Under the pieces are notes generated by a model. The model searched no databases and was not told the origin of the DNA. It worked only from the letters and a program-made list of their open reading frames with translations. The position numbers were made by a program, and so were the translations under genes. DNA of 64,000 nucleotides from assembly GCA_012729505.1 (NCBI GenBank), contig JAAYDA010000046.1, forward strand, positions 15,384 to 79,383. Reading direction: 5' to 3'. Below are positions 62,970 through 64,000 of this stretch, one piece after another. Every line of letters starts with the position of its first letter. Position 1 is the stretch's first letter. This stretch comes from Syntrophomonadaceae bacterium. Its GTDB lineage: Bacteria > Bacillota > Syntrophomonadia > Syntrophomonadales > DTU052.

Positions 62970-63536
62970 ATGGAATTTTTTCGGATTCAGGAGAAGATGA
63001 TCAGTAAACAGAAGCTGATAGAAGCGGTGTCTCAGATTCTTGAAATGCGTACCCGAGGCTTTTCTCAGCAGGAGGTGGCTGATCAATTAGGAGTAGATCG
63101 TTCTTTTGTTTCCCGTTTGGAGTCTTTGGGTGAGCTGCGCAAAGGAAAAACCATAGCATTAGTGGGTTTTCCTATTCTTAACAAGGATGAAATCATGGAG
63201 ATAGCCAATCGGGAAGGGGTAGACTATGTGCTGCTCTGGAGCGAGGAAGAGCGTAATCGCTTTGTCTCCGAGCGCACCGGGGCCCAGCTTATGAATGAGA
63301 TGATGGATATGATTCCCCGGGTGAGGGAGCTGGATGTGGTAATATTGCTGGCTTCCGATTTCCGTTTGAAGCTTCTGCGGGGATTGCTGGATAATGAGAT
63401 TTTAACTGTGGAGATAGGAGAGTCGCCCTTAACTGAAGATAAATGGGTGGATCCCCAGGAGCTTTTGAAGGTGCTGCGAGCAGTCAAGGGGGCCCGGAAA
63501 AAGGAGAAGCCGAAAGATAGGAGGAGTCGGGAGTGA
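62970..63536 (+). CDS. HTH-domain transcriptional regulator-like protein
   Basis: 188 aa from ATG 62970. Contains an HTH (GFSQQEVADQLGVDRSFVSRLE) and a basic C-terminal tail. Confidence 0.7.
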   Translation: MEFFRIQEKMISKQKLIEAVSQILEMRTRGFSQQEVADQLGVDRSFVSRLESLGELRKGKTIALVGFPILNKDEIMEIANREGVDYVLLWSEEERNRFVSERTGAQLMNEMMDMIPRVRELDVVILLASDFRLKLLRGLLDNEILTVEIGESPLTEDKWVDPQELLKVLRAVKGARKKEKPKDRRSRE

Positions 63537-64000
63537 AGCACGTGGTCAGCGTCAGTCTGGGGTCGTCAAAGCGGAATCACGCGATTGAAACGGAGTTTTT
63601 GGGAGAACAGTTTAAGATTGAACGAATAGGAACTGATGGGGACTGGGATAAAGCTCTGAGCCTGGTGAGGGAATTGGATGGGAAGGTGGATGCCTTTGGG
63701 ATGGGAGGCATAAGCCTTTATGTTTATGCAGGCACTCGCAAGTATGTGCTGAAAGATGCCAAACAGCTTCTGGCTGAAGCCAAAAGGACGCCTATGGTTG
63801 ATGGGGGAGGGCTTAAGAACACCCTGGAAAGAGACTCGATTATGAGGGTGGCCCGTGAAGGAATCGTGGATTTCAAAAACAAGCGGGTCCTGATGGTCTG
63901 TGGAGTTGACCGTCTGGGCATGGCCCAGGTTCTGGATAAGCTCAGCGATAACATCGTTTTTGGCGATTTGATCTATAGTCTGGGAATACCTATCCGAATC
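63533..64000 (+). CDS. Conserved clostridial protein (family often annotated quinate 5-dehydrogenase-like), 3'-partial at the window edge
   Basis: Not in the ORF track because it is open at the window end. GTG 63533 overlaps the upstream stop (GTGA), with GGAGGAG 7 nt upstream. My translation is VKHVVSVSLGSSKRNHAIETEFLGEQFKIERIGTDGDWDKALSLVRELDGKVDAFGMGG... Confidence 0.6.
   Translation, partial: MKHVVSVSLGSSKRNHAIETEFLGEQFKIERIGTDGDWDKALSLVRELDGKVDAFGMGGISLYVYAGTRKYVLKDAKQLLAEAKRTPMVDGGGLKNTLERDSIMRVAREGIVDFKNKRVLMVCGVDRLGMAQVLDKLSDNIVFGDLIYSLGIPIRI

Overview
This 64-kb window comes from an endospore-forming Firmicute. Gene content and order fit class Clostridia, possibly Peptococcaceae-like, but that is inference only. 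Nearly all genes are on the + strand and follow the conserved sporulation/housekeeping backbone: spoIIR, ispE, glmU, prs, ctc, pth, fin, mfd, spoVT, MOP flippase, mazG, hup, yabO, yabP, yabQ, divIC, yabR, spoIIE, tilS, ftsH, folP, folB-folK, panBCD, nadABC, bioY, coaX and dus. Several modules interrupt this backbone:
- a spore-surface glycosylation cluster (two CgeB-like paralogs, a GT2 and a Cys-rich orphan) at the left end;
- a small degraded accessory island at about 4.4-6.1 kb (orphan RHH protein, truncated membrane gene, IS remnant, DUF4325 fragment);
- PFOR (nifJ), a class-V aminotransferase and a CoA-transferase;
- a minus-strand gerA-type germinant receptor operon with a fourth small cistron, between mfd and spoVT;
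- a sigma-54 module (EBP plus FAD oxidoreductase, with a clear -24/-12 promoter) between yabO and yabP;
- a tiny LuxR/GerE-like gene between yabQ and divIC;
- a formate-related set (beta-carbonic anhydrase, FNT channel, fhs) and ndk.

The most unusual signal is non-coding. A roughly 131-nt two-hairpin element occurs three times in near-identical form, always on the + strand just upstream of a start codon: a GT2 glycosyltransferase, glmU and bioY. The glmU copy sits directly behind a good sigA-type promoter and ends in a terminator-like hairpin, which resembles a riboswitch or attenuator. I cannot assign it to any RNA class I know. A second dispersed family of purine-rich GAGGCGGGAGGAGT-type elements, with pyrimidine-rich inverted partners, sits on or just after the stop codons of mazG, fhs, folB-folK and dus.

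No rRNA, tRNA or CRISPR array was seen. All calls are by eye from the sequence and ORF track; no searches or folding programs were run.
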